A DNA stretch of 64,000 nucleotides from an uncultured Halobacteriales archaeon (GTDB lineage Archaea > Halobacteriota > Halobacteria > Halobacteriales > SKSH01), in the NCBI GenBank assembly GCA_964579125.1, contig CAZOFG010000002.1, positions 4,891-68,890 of the forward strand. Reading direction: 5' to 3'. The notes below the pieces were generated by a model. That model saw only the letters and a program-made list of their open reading frames with translations. It did no database searches and was not told the DNA's origin. How positions within the stretch are numbered: position 1 is the first letter of the stretch; every line of letters starts with the position of its first letter. A program made the position numbers and the translations under genes. Shown piece after piece: positions 55,580 to 64,000 of this stretch.

Positions 55580-56531
55580 CGCGAGAATGCGCGCCGACAC
55601 GGGAGCCGTGAAGGTCAACACCATCGATGGTCGCAGCGGTATCCACGAGGGAATTCGACAAGGTCGCATCGTGGACTGTTGCGTCCTCGAAGACGACGGT
55701 CCGTTCGAGGGACGCATTTCGGACGTTTGCCTGTGCCTGTACGAGGACGGTTTCGCCTACGGTGGTGTTCTCGAGGGTCGCCTCCGGATCGATGGCGGCA
55801 TCGGTTGAGAGGGACCATTCGACGGCATCGAGGTACGACGCCGGTGTCCCGATGTCAAACCAGGTGCCGTCGAAAGAAAACGCGGAGACGGCTTCGCGAG
55901 CTTGGAGCCATTGAATAAACCATCCAGGCTCGTCCGGATTGTTATCACCGGCCAGGTATTGATCGAGCAATGGCAGGCGATCAGCCGGAAACGCATAACA
56001 GGCGATCGAGACGAGCGTTGAGTCCGGATCTTCGGGTTTTTCCTGAAAATCGACGATTCTGTCACCGTCGAGGGTAACAAGTCCGTACGCTTTGGCGGCT
56101 TCCCGCGAGCCGACGTCGTACGCAGCGATTATCGGATGGCCTTTCGTCTCGTAAAAATCGAGGAAGTCGCCGATTTCGAAGCTGAACAAGTTGTCACCGC
56201 CGACGACCAGGAGGTCATCATCGATCCCCTCCCGGTCTACTAATTGGGCCAAGGCCCCGATGACGCCCATCTTTTCGGTTTCCGAAACCGTCTCCTCGAC
56301 AGAAAGATACGTATCTGGATACCTTCGGTCCTCGAGAAACGTCTCGAACGCATCGCGAAACCGTCTGTTCGTGGAAAGAAACACGTCGTCGATGCGGTCA
56401 TCCTCTGACAACGCGGATAGACATCGGTCGATAACGGTTCCCTCAGCTAGCGGGAGTAACATCTTCGGTCGATGTCGGGTGATCGGCCACAATCTTGTCG
56501 CGTAGCCGCCAGCGAGGACCACCGCTTTCAT
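55566..56531 (-). CDS. sugar-phosphate nucleotidyltransferase with C-terminal left-handed beta-helix
   Basis: MKAVVLAGGYATRLWPIT N-terminus and a hexapeptide-repeat tail. 321 aa from ATG 56529-56531. Confidence 0.8.
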   Translation of the reverse strand: MKAVVLAGGYATRLWPITRHRPKMLLPLAEGTVIDRCLSALSEDDRIDDVFLSTNRRFRDAFETFLEDRRYPDTYLSVEETVSETEKMGVIGALAQLVDREGIDDDLLVVGGDNLFSFEIGDFLDFYETKGHPIIAAYDVGSREAAKAYGLVTLDGDRIVDFQEKPEDPDSTLVSIACYAFPADRLPLLDQYLAGDNNPDEPGWFIQWLQAREAVSAFSFDGTWFDIGTPASYLDAVEWSLSTDAAIDPEATLENTTVGETVLVQAQANVRNASLERTVVFEDATVHDATLSNSLVDTAATIDGVDLHGSRVGAHSRVTDR

Positions 56532-56614
56532 GCTCGGCGGAACTGGGGTGAGCACTAAGTGCGTTTCCATCCACCCGTGGCGATCAGCCACGACGAGTGG
56601 GTGGAATCCCGACG

Positions 56615-56932
56615 TCAGTCCTCGTCAGAGCGGACTTTCGCCCGCTCGATCCACGTCGCAAGGCGGGTTTCGGAGATGTCCGTTTCCTCAGCGAGATCCC
56701 CTGCATCAGCACGTGCGAGCTCGGCGACACCGCCGATGCCAACGTCGCGGAGTCGATCGGCGTAGGTCGGGCCGATCCCCTTGATGTCCTCCAATTCGAG
56801 ATCGGATGCTGGTTCGGCGTCCTCATCGACGCCGGGATGTTCGACGTGGACTGCAACGTCGGATCCTTCGGTCTCCGTGTCCGTCGCCTCGCCCTGCCCG
56901 AGGAGGCGTTTGAGGCTATCGAGTAGTCCCAT
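56615..56932 (-). CDS. helix-hairpin-helix domain protein
   Basis: 105 aa. Acidic N-terminus, then IKGIGPTYADRLRDVGIGGVAELA. TATA TTTTAAG about 29 nt upstream of ATG 56932. Confidence 0.6.
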   Translation of the reverse strand: MGLLDSLKRLLGQGEATDTETEGSDVAVHVEHPGVDEDAEPASDLELEDIKGIGPTYADRLRDVGIGGVAELARADAGDLAEETDISETRLATWIERAKVRSDED

Positions 56933-57040
56933 TATGCGTTCATTCGAGAGGTTGGCACTTAAAAGAAACCGTCTCAATCGGATGCCATTGCCGGCACATC
57001 CTCACGAGTCGGATCCCTTTTCTCCCCCAGTACCGAGGCT

Positions 57041-58366
57041 GTGGCCGTGATCGGCATCATCGCGAGTCGGTCGGATGGGGCATCCATCGGAATCGCCGCC
57101 GAACTCGTCGCGCACGTTCGCGACGAGCCTGCTCCAGACGAACTCGAGGACCGCTATGACCTGCCTGGCGCGGAGCTGCGAGTCCTCGATCGGTTACATA
57201 TTCGACTTTCGGAGGTGGAACAGTACTTCGCCGGTGATCCCGACTGGATCGCGGTGGTTTCTCGCCACGCTGGCGATACCGGACCATTGCTTACCGCGCA
57301 TTTTCCAGGGAACGTCGCAAGCGCGGAGTTCGGTGGGACCCCGCGTGAACTCCCGCCGGCGTGCCCCGGTGCGCTCAAGGCGTATTATGGGGCGATCACC
57401 GAACGGGCCCCTGACGGATACGAGGTCGGTCTCGAGTGTACCCACCACGGTCCGACCGAGTGCACGGTCCCCCTCATGTTCCTTGAGATCGGCAGCGATC
57501 CGCCACAATGGCACGACCAGACGGCCGCACAAGCCGTCGCGACGGCGCTTTGGGACGCCCGAACGGCAACGGCTCACCACGAGATGCAAGTGGCCGGCGT
57601 CGGGGGCGGGCACTACGTCCCCCGATTCGAGCGCGTGCTCGCCGACACGCGGTGGGCGATAGGCCATGTGGCGCCGGCGTGGGCGTTGGATGAACTCGAG
57701 GATCGCGAGGCCCTTTCCGATGCGCTCGAGCGCGTGATGACGTCCAGCCAAACGGATCGCGTGCTTGTCGTTGGCGATCGACCTGTGGCACGAGAGGTGC
57801 TCAGAACGAAGGGGTACGATGTCGTGAGCGAACGGTGGCTCCGGGCGACGTCAGCACTGTCAATTCCGGTCGTTTCGTGGCTCGAATCCAACATTCAACC
57901 CCTCGAGGATGGGTTGGCCCTCGGGAGGGAGCAGCCGACCACACCGGAGGCGTTGACCACGGTGCGATTTGCGGACGACATCCTGGAAACGGCCGCTGGG
58001 ATCGATCATCCAGCGACGATCGAGGCGGTCGAAGCCTCCTCCGTAGGCTATGCGACGGCCGTGGACGGAACGCGCCCGACGGGGTTGGTCGCCCTCACCG
58101 ATCAGTCCCGTCGAGATCGCATCCTCGACGAACTACTCGGCATCTTGCGGGAGACCTTCGACTCGATCGACCGTCAAGGAGCACACCTCGAAGTGCAACG
58201 ACGACGGTTCGATCCAGCACGCGCGAAAGACAAAGGCGTCCCCGAAGGCCCACTGTTCGGTCGATTGGCCGATGGCGAATCCGTCACGGTCGATGGACGC
58301 GAGATCGATCCGGCGGAGGTCGTCCGGGTAGAGACCGAGACCCTGGCGTTGTTTGAGGAGGTCTGA
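57041..58366 (+). CDS. dtdA: D-aminoacyl-tRNA deacylase (archaeal DtdA type) with long C-terminal extension
   Basis: GTG start. N-terminal about 270 aa follows the DtdA pattern (IIASRSDGAS...ECTHHGP...GGGHY). Position upstream of ftsZ1 fits haloarchaeal synteny as I recall it. Confidence 0.7.
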   Translation: MAVIGIIASRSDGASIGIAAELVAHVRDEPAPDELEDRYDLPGAELRVLDRLHIRLSEVEQYFAGDPDWIAVVSRHAGDTGPLLTAHFPGNVASAEFGGTPRELPPACPGALKAYYGAITERAPDGYEVGLECTHHGPTECTVPLMFLEIGSDPPQWHDQTAAQAVATALWDARTATAHHEMQVAGVGGGHYVPRFERVLADTRWAIGHVAPAWALDELEDREALSDALERVMTSSQTDRVLVVGDRPVAREVLRTKGYDVVSERWLRATSALSIPVVSWLESNIQPLEDGLALGREQPTTPEALTTVRFADDILETAAGIDHPATIEAVEASSVGYATAVDGTRPTGLVALTDQSRRDRILDELLGILRETFDSIDRQGAHLEVQRRRFDPARAKDKGVPEGPLFGRLADGESVTVDGREIDPAEVVRVETETLALFEEV

Positions 58367-58425
58367 CACGTGTCTGACGGGGGAGGGGAAGTCCTATTAC
58401 GATCCCTCCGCTACGCCCGGTAACG

Positions 58426-59565
58426 ATGGATTCGATCGTGGATGAGGCCATTGACGAGGCCGAAGATGAGGCAGCGCCCGAGGGGGGCGATGGGTCGACG
58501 CCGACTGATGTCAATCGGTCGGCGCAAATGACGGACGAAGAGCTCGAAGAGGTGCTCGCCGAGCTCGAGACGAACATCACGGTAGTTGGCTGTGGCGGTG
58601 CGGGTGGAAATACCGTCAATCGGATGCACGAAGAGGGCATTCACGGGGCGAAACTCGTTGCCGCGAATACGGACGCACAACATCTCATCGACGTCCACGC
58701 CGACGAGAAAATTCTCATCGGCGAGCAACGCACTGGTGGCCGCGGTGCAGGGTCGGTGCCCCAGGTTGGCGAAGAGGCTGCGCTCGAGAGTCAGGATGAA
58801 ATCGCCGACTCGATCGATGGATCGGATATGGTCTTCGTGACGGCGGGTCTCGGCGGCGGCACGGGGACCGGCTCAGCACCGGTCGTCGCGAAAGCCTCGC
58901 GTGATGCCGGCGCGCTCACGATCGCGATCGTGACGACGCCGTTTACCGCTGAAGGTGAGGTGCGCCGTACGAACGCGGAAGCCGGTCTTGAGCGCCTGCG
59001 CGACGTGGCCGATACCGTGATCGTCGTCCCGAACGATCGCCTGCTCGATTCGGTCGGGAAGTTGCCAATCACCCAAGCCTTCAAAGTAGCCGACGAGGTG
59101 TTGATGCGCAGCGTGAAGGGGATTACCGAACTCATCACCAAACCAGGCCTCGTCAACCTCGATTTCGCCGACGTCAGGACCGTGATGGAACGCGGTGGGG
59201 TGGCGATGATCGGTCTCGGCGAGTCCGATTCCGAGTCGAAAGCGCAGGATTCGGTCAAATCGGCACTCCGTTCGCCGTTGTTGGATGTGGACATCAGCGG
59301 GGCCAACTCCGCCCTCGTGAACGTCACCGGTGGGAGTGATATGTCGATCGAGGAGGCAGAGGGGGTCGTCGAGGAAATTTACGATCGGATCGATCCGGAA
59401 GCCCGCATCATTTGGGGAACGTCCATCGACGAGAGTCTCGAGGGAGCCATGCGGACGATGATCGTCGTCACCGGAGTGGAGTCGCCACAAATCTACGGCC
59501 GCGGCGAGGCGGCACAGGAGCGCAAGGTCCAGCAAGCCGACGAAGACGTCGATTTCGTCGAGTAA
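58426..59565 (+). CDS. ftsZ1: cell division protein FtsZ1
   Basis: [18 protein letters not shown]. 379 aa. Followed by secE and nusG. Confidence 0.95.
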   Translation: MDSIVDEAIDEAEDEAAPEGGDGSTPTDVNRSAQMTDEELEEVLAELETNITVVGCGGAGGNTVNRMHEEGIHGAKLVAANTDAQHLIDVHADEKILIGEQRTGGRGAGSVPQVGEEAALESQDEIADSIDGSDMVFVTAGLGGGTGTGSAPVVAKASRDAGALTIAIVTTPFTAEGEVRRTNAEAGLERLRDVADTVIVVPNDRLLDSVGKLPITQAFKVADEVLMRSVKGITELITKPGLVNLDFADVRTVMERGGVAMIGLGESDSESKAQDSVKSALRSPLLDVDISGANSALVNVTGGSDMSIEEAEGVVEEIYDRIDPEARIIWGTSIDESLEGAMRTMIVVTGVESPQIYGRGEAAQERKVQQADEDVDFVE

Positions 59566-59611
59566 CGACGGACCAACAGCGACAAAAACCGGGCCGCATT
59601 TGATATCTGCA

Positions 59612-59779
59612 ATGAAAGTCCCGCGAGATTTGACCTCATACGTGCGGGTGCTCAAGATGGCCGCCACACCGTCGATGAACGAGTTCCTCCAAGTCGCAAA
59701 GGTAGCCGGGCTTGGCATTCTCGTCGTCGGTGGCATTGGGTTCGCGATTTACGTTGCGATGAGCTACGTCCCAGGGTGA
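59612..59779 (+). CDS. secE: preprotein translocase subunit SecE (Sec61 gamma)
   Basis: 55 aa, below the track cut-off. [55 protein letters not shown]. Amphipathic head plus one TM helix. Sits immediately upstream of nusG, as is universal. Confidence 0.75.
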   Translation: MKVPRDLTSYVRVLKMAATPSMNEFLQVAKVAGLGILVVGGIGFAIYVAMSYVPG

Positions 59780-59783
59780 TACC

Positions 59784-60221
59784 ATGCCAATTTACGCCGT
59801 CAAAACCACCGCCAGCCAGGAACGCACCGTCGCTGACATGATCATGAGTCGGGAGGAGGACGACATCCACGCCGCACTCGCCCCGGATTCCCTGACGAGT
59901 TACGTCATGGTCGAGGCGGACGATGTGGGGCCGGTCAATCGGGTACTGGAAGAAATTCCCCATGCTCGCAGCGTCGTGCCGGGCGAGTCGGATATCGGTG
60001 AAGTCGAACACTTCCTCTCGCCGAAACCGGACGTTGAGGGCATCGCAGAGGGCGATATCGTCGAGCTCATCGCCGGTCCGTTCAAAGGTGAAAAAGCGCA
60101 AGTCCAGCGCATCGACGAGGGGAAGGATCAGGTCACGGTCGAACTCTATGAGGCGACCGTCCCGATTCCGGTCACGGTCCGCGGTGACCAGATCCGCGTT
60201 CTCGACAGCGACGAACGCTGA
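59784..60221 (+). CDS. nusG: transcription elongation factor Spt5/NusG
   Basis: NGN domain ([15 protein letters not shown]) and KOW motif ([18 protein letters not shown]). 145 aa. Confidence 0.9.
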   Translation: MPIYAVKTTASQERTVADMIMSREEDDIHAALAPDSLTSYVMVEADDVGPVNRVLEEIPHARSVVPGESDIGEVEHFLSPKPDVEGIAEGDIVELIAGPFKGEKAQVQRIDEGKDQVTVELYEATVPIPVTVRGDQIRVLDSDER

Positions 60222-61406
60222 TTACTCGCCGCTCAATCGCGTTCGCAAGCCGGCCATCGCCCGTCGAATCCGCCGTCGCGTCCATCGGGCCGTGTAGGCG
60301 GCGAGGTCACCAAGTTCCGTGAGGGCGGCGGCCGTGTCCGGTTCCTCGGGTGGCCGCTCTCGCACCGGTTCGGCGGGTGTCGGTGCCGGCGACGCCTTGA
60401 CCTGTCTGAGCTCTGATTCGAGTTCGTCGATGCGCGCTTGCAACGCTTCGATGCGTTCTTCGCGCGCCTCGATCAGTTCGGTACCGGCCGCTTGGGCCGA
60501 TTCACTTACCGTCGCCGGCTCGGTCGAATCGGTGTCGGTGTCGTCGCTGACTTCCGCGTCGATCGCCTCGAGTACCTCGATATCGAGCGCTGCATCCGGT
60601 CCTCCGGCCACGTCCGAAAGATCCGGCGTCGCCCCGGCATCCAGCGTCCGCTTGCGTCGAAACGTCACCTGCTGGGTCATGTCATTCCAGTCGGTCATGA
60701 GGAGCGCCTCGCCGTCATCGAGATCCTGAATCGTTGCCGCTGCCTCTCCGCCGAGGATTTGCTTGACGACCTTCGTGTCGTTTTCCCACGTCAGGCGGTG
60801 CCAGACGAGCCAATCACACTGGGTAATGAAATCCTTGTCGACGGCTGCGGGGCGTTGCGAAATCCCACACAAGCCGAGGCCCCGTTTGCGGCCGCGTTTC
60901 GCGATTTGAATGAGTAACTCGCCGAGGTCGCCATGCGCGCCGGATTGGGGAAGATATTCGTGGATTTCCTCGACGATCAGCAAAAACGGCTTCTGACGGG
61001 CGTCCTCCATCCGAAAGATTTCCCGCAGTACCCGTCGAATCATCGTCTCCCCCTCGGCCGGATCGACATAGCCGGAGACGTCGAGGACGATCGGGACGTT
61101 TCCATCCAGGGCGAGGCCGGCCAGCCGTTCCGCGTCGTCGGGGCCGACCGTCATGTCCCCACGGTCGTCGGTTGCGGCGTGGAGGATTTCATACCGCTCT
61201 TTGAGTCCGTAGTATTCGCCATCCGTATCGACGATAAGCAGTGGCAGTTGGGCCTCGAGCAACTCCTCGGCGATGACACTCGCGGTGTTACTCTTGCCGC
61301 TCCCGCTTTTGCCTGTGATGAATCCCCGGCCGGTCATGAGTTCCGCAACGGGAAACTCCACCGGCTCCTCGGTAACCACGATCGATTCGGGGACGGAACT
61401 CATCAA
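60222..61406 (-). CDS. DUF87 / HerA-FtsK-like P-loop ATPase with coiled-coil and Arg-rich tail
   Basis: Walker A GKSGSGKSN, Walker B FLLIVEEIHEY, GISQRPAAVD. C-terminal REERIEALQARIDELESELRQV and RWTRRRIRRAMAGLRTRL. Confidence 0.8.
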   Translation of the reverse strand: MMSSVPESIVVTEEPVEFPVAELMTGRGFITGKSGSGKSNTASVIAEELLEAQLPLLIVDTDGEYYGLKERYEILHAATDDRGDMTVGPDDAERLAGLALDGNVPIVLDVSGYVDPAEGETMIRRVLREIFRMEDARQKPFLLIVEEIHEYLPQSGAHGDLGELLIQIAKRGRKRGLGLCGISQRPAAVDKDFITQCDWLVWHRLTWENDTKVVKQILGGEAAATIQDLDDGEALLMTDWNDMTQQVTFRRKRTLDAGATPDLSDVAGGPDAALDIEVLEAIDAEVSDDTDTDSTEPATVSESAQAAGTELIEAREERIEALQARIDELESELRQVKASPAPTPAEPVRERPPEEPDTAAALTELGDLAAYTARWTRRRIRRAMAGLRTRLSGE

Positions 61407-61450
61407 TCCCTAGTGGTTTCGACGTGGTAATGGGCCTTTGGGTCAGTGGA

Positions 61451-61888
61451 TCACAGTCGGGCCTGTCTGGCGAACTCGCGCCAGTGGCGTAGCCCCCAAT
61501 ATCCGAGACCCGTCGCAATCGTCGCCGCCGCGAGGAAGTAAATCAACAACTGCGAGAGGAGAATATCGTCCGGGTGTTGTAGGGCGAACCAGAGGCCTTC
61601 TCCATCGAGGAGGATGAGAATAAAACCCAATACGCCGACGGTTACGGCCGCCGTCAGTACGGATCGACCGTCGTATCCGGCCTCTTCCAGGCGCAATATC
61701 GTCGCGACGAAGACCACGGCCGCGAGCAGGATGTAGTACGGAAGCCGGTCCATCGCCCCCGTCGCTTCGCCGGTCAGGACGGCCATCGCGCCGATGAAAC
61801 TGACGGTGAGGATGACGGTAAAGCCGGCCACGATGAGCGATGTCCGGGCGAGGTATCGTCGCTTCGCCATCAATTTCCGCACGGCCAT
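61451..61888 (-). CDS. 4-TM membrane protein, hypothetical
   Basis: 145 aa with a basic N-terminus and four hydrophobic helices. The T-rich element at 61911-61916 lies about 26 nt upstream. Confidence 0.6.
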   Translation of the reverse strand: MAVRKLMAKRRYLARTSLIVAGFTVILTVSFIGAMAVLTGEATGAMDRLPYYILLAAVVFVATILRLEEAGYDGRSVLTAAVTVGVLGFILILLDGEGLWFALQHPDDILLSQLLIYFLAAATIATGLGYWGLRHWREFARQARL

Positions 61889-61910
61889 GGCGGTACCTCG
61901 ATCGGTTGCT

Positions 61911-61916
61911 AAAAAA
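61911..61916 (-). promoter_or_regulatory. T6 tract (minus strand), either a promoter element or a terminator
   Basis: CCTTTTTTAGC on the minus strand. It starts 13 nt after the zinc-finger gene stop and is centred 26 nt upstream of ATG 61888. Confidence 0.3.
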
Positions 61917-61928
61917 GGATACCGGGTC

Positions 61929-62228
61929 TCACTCTCCCTCGAGTTCGGCAGCGACGGCCTCGAGGTCGGCCTCAGCCTCGACGTATTCCGTGATGCGTTC
62001 CCTGATACGGATCTCGTCCCCGCTCGGTCCGTAAGTGCGGACGTACTCGGCCCGGGTGTGATCTTTGATTACGTGGCGTAATGCGGGATATCCATCCGGC
62101 ATTGAGGCGCCACAAATGTCGCACGTCACGTCATCGTGATCCCTGGCCTGATGCAAGAGTAAGTCCTCGACGGTCCCGAACTCTTGTTCGCAGCCGTCGA
62201 TGGCACAGGTCCAGGCCATGCCTGCCAT
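61929..62228 (-). CDS. tandem C2H2 zinc-finger protein
   Basis: Two fingers with exact classical spacing: C-x4-C-x12-H-x4-H (CAIDGC...HQARDH) and C-x2-C-x12-H-x4-H (CDIC...HVIKDH). Acidic helical tail. An alternative ATG lies at 62219. Confidence 0.65.
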   Translation of the reverse strand: MAGMAWTCAIDGCEQEFGTVEDLLLHQARDHDDVTCDICGASMPDGYPALRHVIKDHTRAEYVRTYGPSGDEIRIRERITEYVEAEADLEAVAAELEGE

Positions 62229-62319
62229 TCAATGCACTGGCCCTTAGATGTCGCGGTCAGACCTTCGCTCGGATGCACAAGCGGCAACGTTTTCGGCACT
62301 GACTGCCGAGTCCGGGTAT

Positions 62320-63072
62320 ATGAGCGGGTTCCGGGTGGACCCTCATGTGAAGGTGCTTGGCCCCAGCGTCAGGCGTCGTGCGCGGCGACTCGGACTGGAC
62401 GCCCTCGGATACGCGCCACATTTCACCCCCTGGCCGGACATCGTGGACACGGCACGGACCCATTCAGACGAGACCCTCACGGTAATCCCCGGCCGGGAGA
62501 TTTTCGCGGGATCGTGGACCGACCGTACGCACGTGCTGGCGTACGATTTGGAGGAACCGATCCCTGATTTCCTGTCACTGGAGGAAACCATGCGACGGCT
62601 CCGCCTCCAACGGGCGGCTGTTGTCGTACCCCATCCGGCGTACCTCTCTATTTCGATGTCGCCCGGACAGATCAGACGCTACAGCGACCAGATCGATGCG
62701 ATCGAAGTTTACAATCCACGCTTGCTGCCGTGGCATCCCAAGCGAGCCCGCCGAATTGCCACTGAGTTGGACAAACCGATGGTGGCAAGCTCGTACGCGC
62801 ATTTGCCGACCTCCGTGGGGGCTGCCTGGAGCGAACTCGACGAGCCTCTCACCGACATCGGTGGGCTCTCACAGGCCCTCAAAGACCACTCGATTACAGC
62901 GGTCGAGACACGGCATCTAGTGGCCCGCTCGGCGGTATCGGCGCTCGAATTAGGCCATTTGTGCTGGGAGAACACCGGCAAAAAACTCTGGCGGCGACTG
63001 CACACCCATCGCGTCCCGACCCATCCATCCGCGCCGACCTATCACCAGCGAGCCACTGACGGCTCCGGATGA
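62320..63072 (+). CDS. PHP (polymerase/histidinol phosphatase) domain protein
   Basis: VDPHVKV, APHF, VVVPHPAY metal-ligand-like His motifs. 250 aa from ATG 62320. Confidence 0.7.
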   Translation: MSGFRVDPHVKVLGPSVRRRARRLGLDALGYAPHFTPWPDIVDTARTHSDETLTVIPGREIFAGSWTDRTHVLAYDLEEPIPDFLSLEETMRRLRLQRAAVVVPHPAYLSISMSPGQIRRYSDQIDAIEVYNPRLLPWHPKRARRIATELDKPMVASSYAHLPTSVGAAWSELDEPLTDIGGLSQALKDHSITAVETRHLVARSAVSALELGHLCWENTGKKLWRRLHTHRVPTHPSAPTYHQRATDGSG

Positions 63073-63584
63073 TCGAGCACCCACAGCAGTCGATCGAGGG
63101 CGGTTCGGACTGTCTGGGCACGAACCGCTGTCCGATCACCATCGAATCGACATCGACGCGCTCGCGTTTGCGTTCGGCCGTCCTGTCGGGTAGCCAAGCC
63201 TATGTAGACGGTCCCAATCGGCTTGCCAGGTCGTCCACCAGTCGGACCGGCGATACCCGTGATCGACAGCCCCCACGTTGCGTCGGCGCGATCGCGGACC
63301 CCCGCTGCCATCGCCCTCGCGGTCGGGCCACTGACCGCGCCCGTTCGCTCGAGTGTTTGTATTGGGACATCCAAGAGGTCCTGTTTCGCGGCGTTTGAGT
63401 AGGCGATGACTCCCAGTTCGAAAATATCGCTCGCACCCGGCACCGACGTAATGGTGGCTCCAAGGAGCCCACCGGTGCAGGATTCTGCCAGAGCGAGGCG
63501 ACTCCCGGTATCGGCTAGGAGGGCCCGCACGTCGGCCGCGAGATCCGTCGGAACCGCCGGCGCCGGCATCGGCGAGTCTTTCAC
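63042..63584 (-). CDS. CinA-family nicotinamide-nucleotide amidohydrolase (PncC domain)
   Basis: LALAESCTGGLLGATITSVPGAS and ITGIAGPTGG motifs. 180 aa. The 3' end overlaps the PHP gene by 31 nt. Confidence 0.85.
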   Translation of the reverse strand: MKDSPMPAPAVPTDLAADVRALLADTGSRLALAESCTGGLLGATITSVPGASDIFELGVIAYSNAAKQDLLDVPIQTLERTGAVSGPTARAMAAGVRDRADATWGLSITGIAGPTGGRPGKPIGTVYIGLATRQDGRTQTRARRCRFDGDRTAVRAQTVRTALDRLLWVLDHPEPSVARW

Positions 63585-63628
63585 TCGGGGGGCTCCTTAC
63601 GGTTTGGGTCCGGCGTGGGCCGAGGGAT

Positions 63629-64000
63629 TCAGACACCGCGTTCGACGATCGTGTCCGCATACGCGTCGGCTTGTCGGATCGGGGTCGGGAGCTTAAACCC
63701 ATGACACGCTGACAGGACGATCTCACACGCCCGATCGGGTGATACGCGATGGCCTGGACTCACGAAGACCGGGTTGATGGAGCGGTCGGCATCATCGTAC
63801 TGTCGGGTCTGGACCGCGTGCCCGATGATCGTGTCAGCGGGTGCGGCAACCTCCGCGCCAGCCCGAATCGGGACGATATCTCCGGTTGACAATCCCTCGA
63901 GTGATCGGGCGGGTTCACCACAAAGGAGTCGTTTCGCGACGCCAACCGTGGGTATGTCACAGACAACACCGACATGGGTAGCCAACCCGGCGAGGCGTGG
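63629..64000 (-). CDS. nfi: endonuclease V (partial, N-terminus beyond the right edge)
   Basis: GLATHVGVV..PTVGVAKRLL...FVSPGHRVS pattern. The frame stays open to base 64000, and the track M is an internal TTG. Confidence 0.8.
   Translation of the reverse strand, partial: PRLAGLATHVGVVCDIPTVGVAKRLLCGEPARSLEGLSTGDIVPIRAGAEVAAPADTIIGHAVQTRQYDDADRSINPVFVSPGHRVSPDRACEIVLSACHGFKLPTPIRQADAYADTIVERGV

Noticed and set aside
1-64000. A search for CRISPR arrays, IS elements, rRNA genes, toxin-antitoxin pairs and known defence systems.
   Set aside because: By-eye scanning of all gaps over 40 bp showed no regularly spaced direct repeats. No ORF has transposase, Cas or restriction-modification motifs. 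The only RHH protein is the cdrS-type gene coupled to ftsZ2. An exhaustive repeat search by computer is still advisable.

Overview
This window looks like core chromosome from a haloarchaeon (class Halobacteria). Most genes exceed 60% G+C and the predicted proteins are strongly acidic. Archaeal marker genes are present: FtsZ1, FtsZ2, CdrS, aCPSF1, TFS, NAC, SecE/Spt5, sn-glycerol-1-phosphate dehydrogenase and geranylgeranyl reductase. I call about 75 protein genes and two tRNAs, Tyr-GUA and Ser-CGA. I found no rRNA, CRISPR array, transposase, integrase or recognisable defence island. Many long ORFs in the six-frame track are antisense or out-of-frame shadows typical of high-GC DNA. Several track ORFs are over-extended at the 5' end. 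I re-set those starts to the first ATG that lies about 25-32 nt downstream of a TATA-like element, which fits the mostly leaderless layout seen here. Recognisable blocks are trx-ncsA / ftsZ2-cdrS, a MoxR-DUF58-DUF4129 membrane module, grpE-dnaK-dnaJ, acs with a divergent GNAT, purB / purNH / folCP, egsA-proS, aCPSF1, and dtdA-ftsZ1-secE-nusG. Nothing here is demonstrably a new system. The candidates most worth follow-up are listed below.
- The translationally coupled DUF4129/DUF58 operon that faces a convergent MoxR ATPase.
- A DUF87/HerA-like ATPase with a coiled-coil tail, next to a 4-TM protein and a tandem C2H2 zinc-finger protein.
- A double-domain bactofilin-like protein.
- A stand-alone uS10 paralogue.
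- A roughly 33% G+C non-coding island.
- A low-GC dual-HTH gene beside tRNA-Tyr.
All family assignments come from motif recognition by eye and need HMM or BLAST confirmation.
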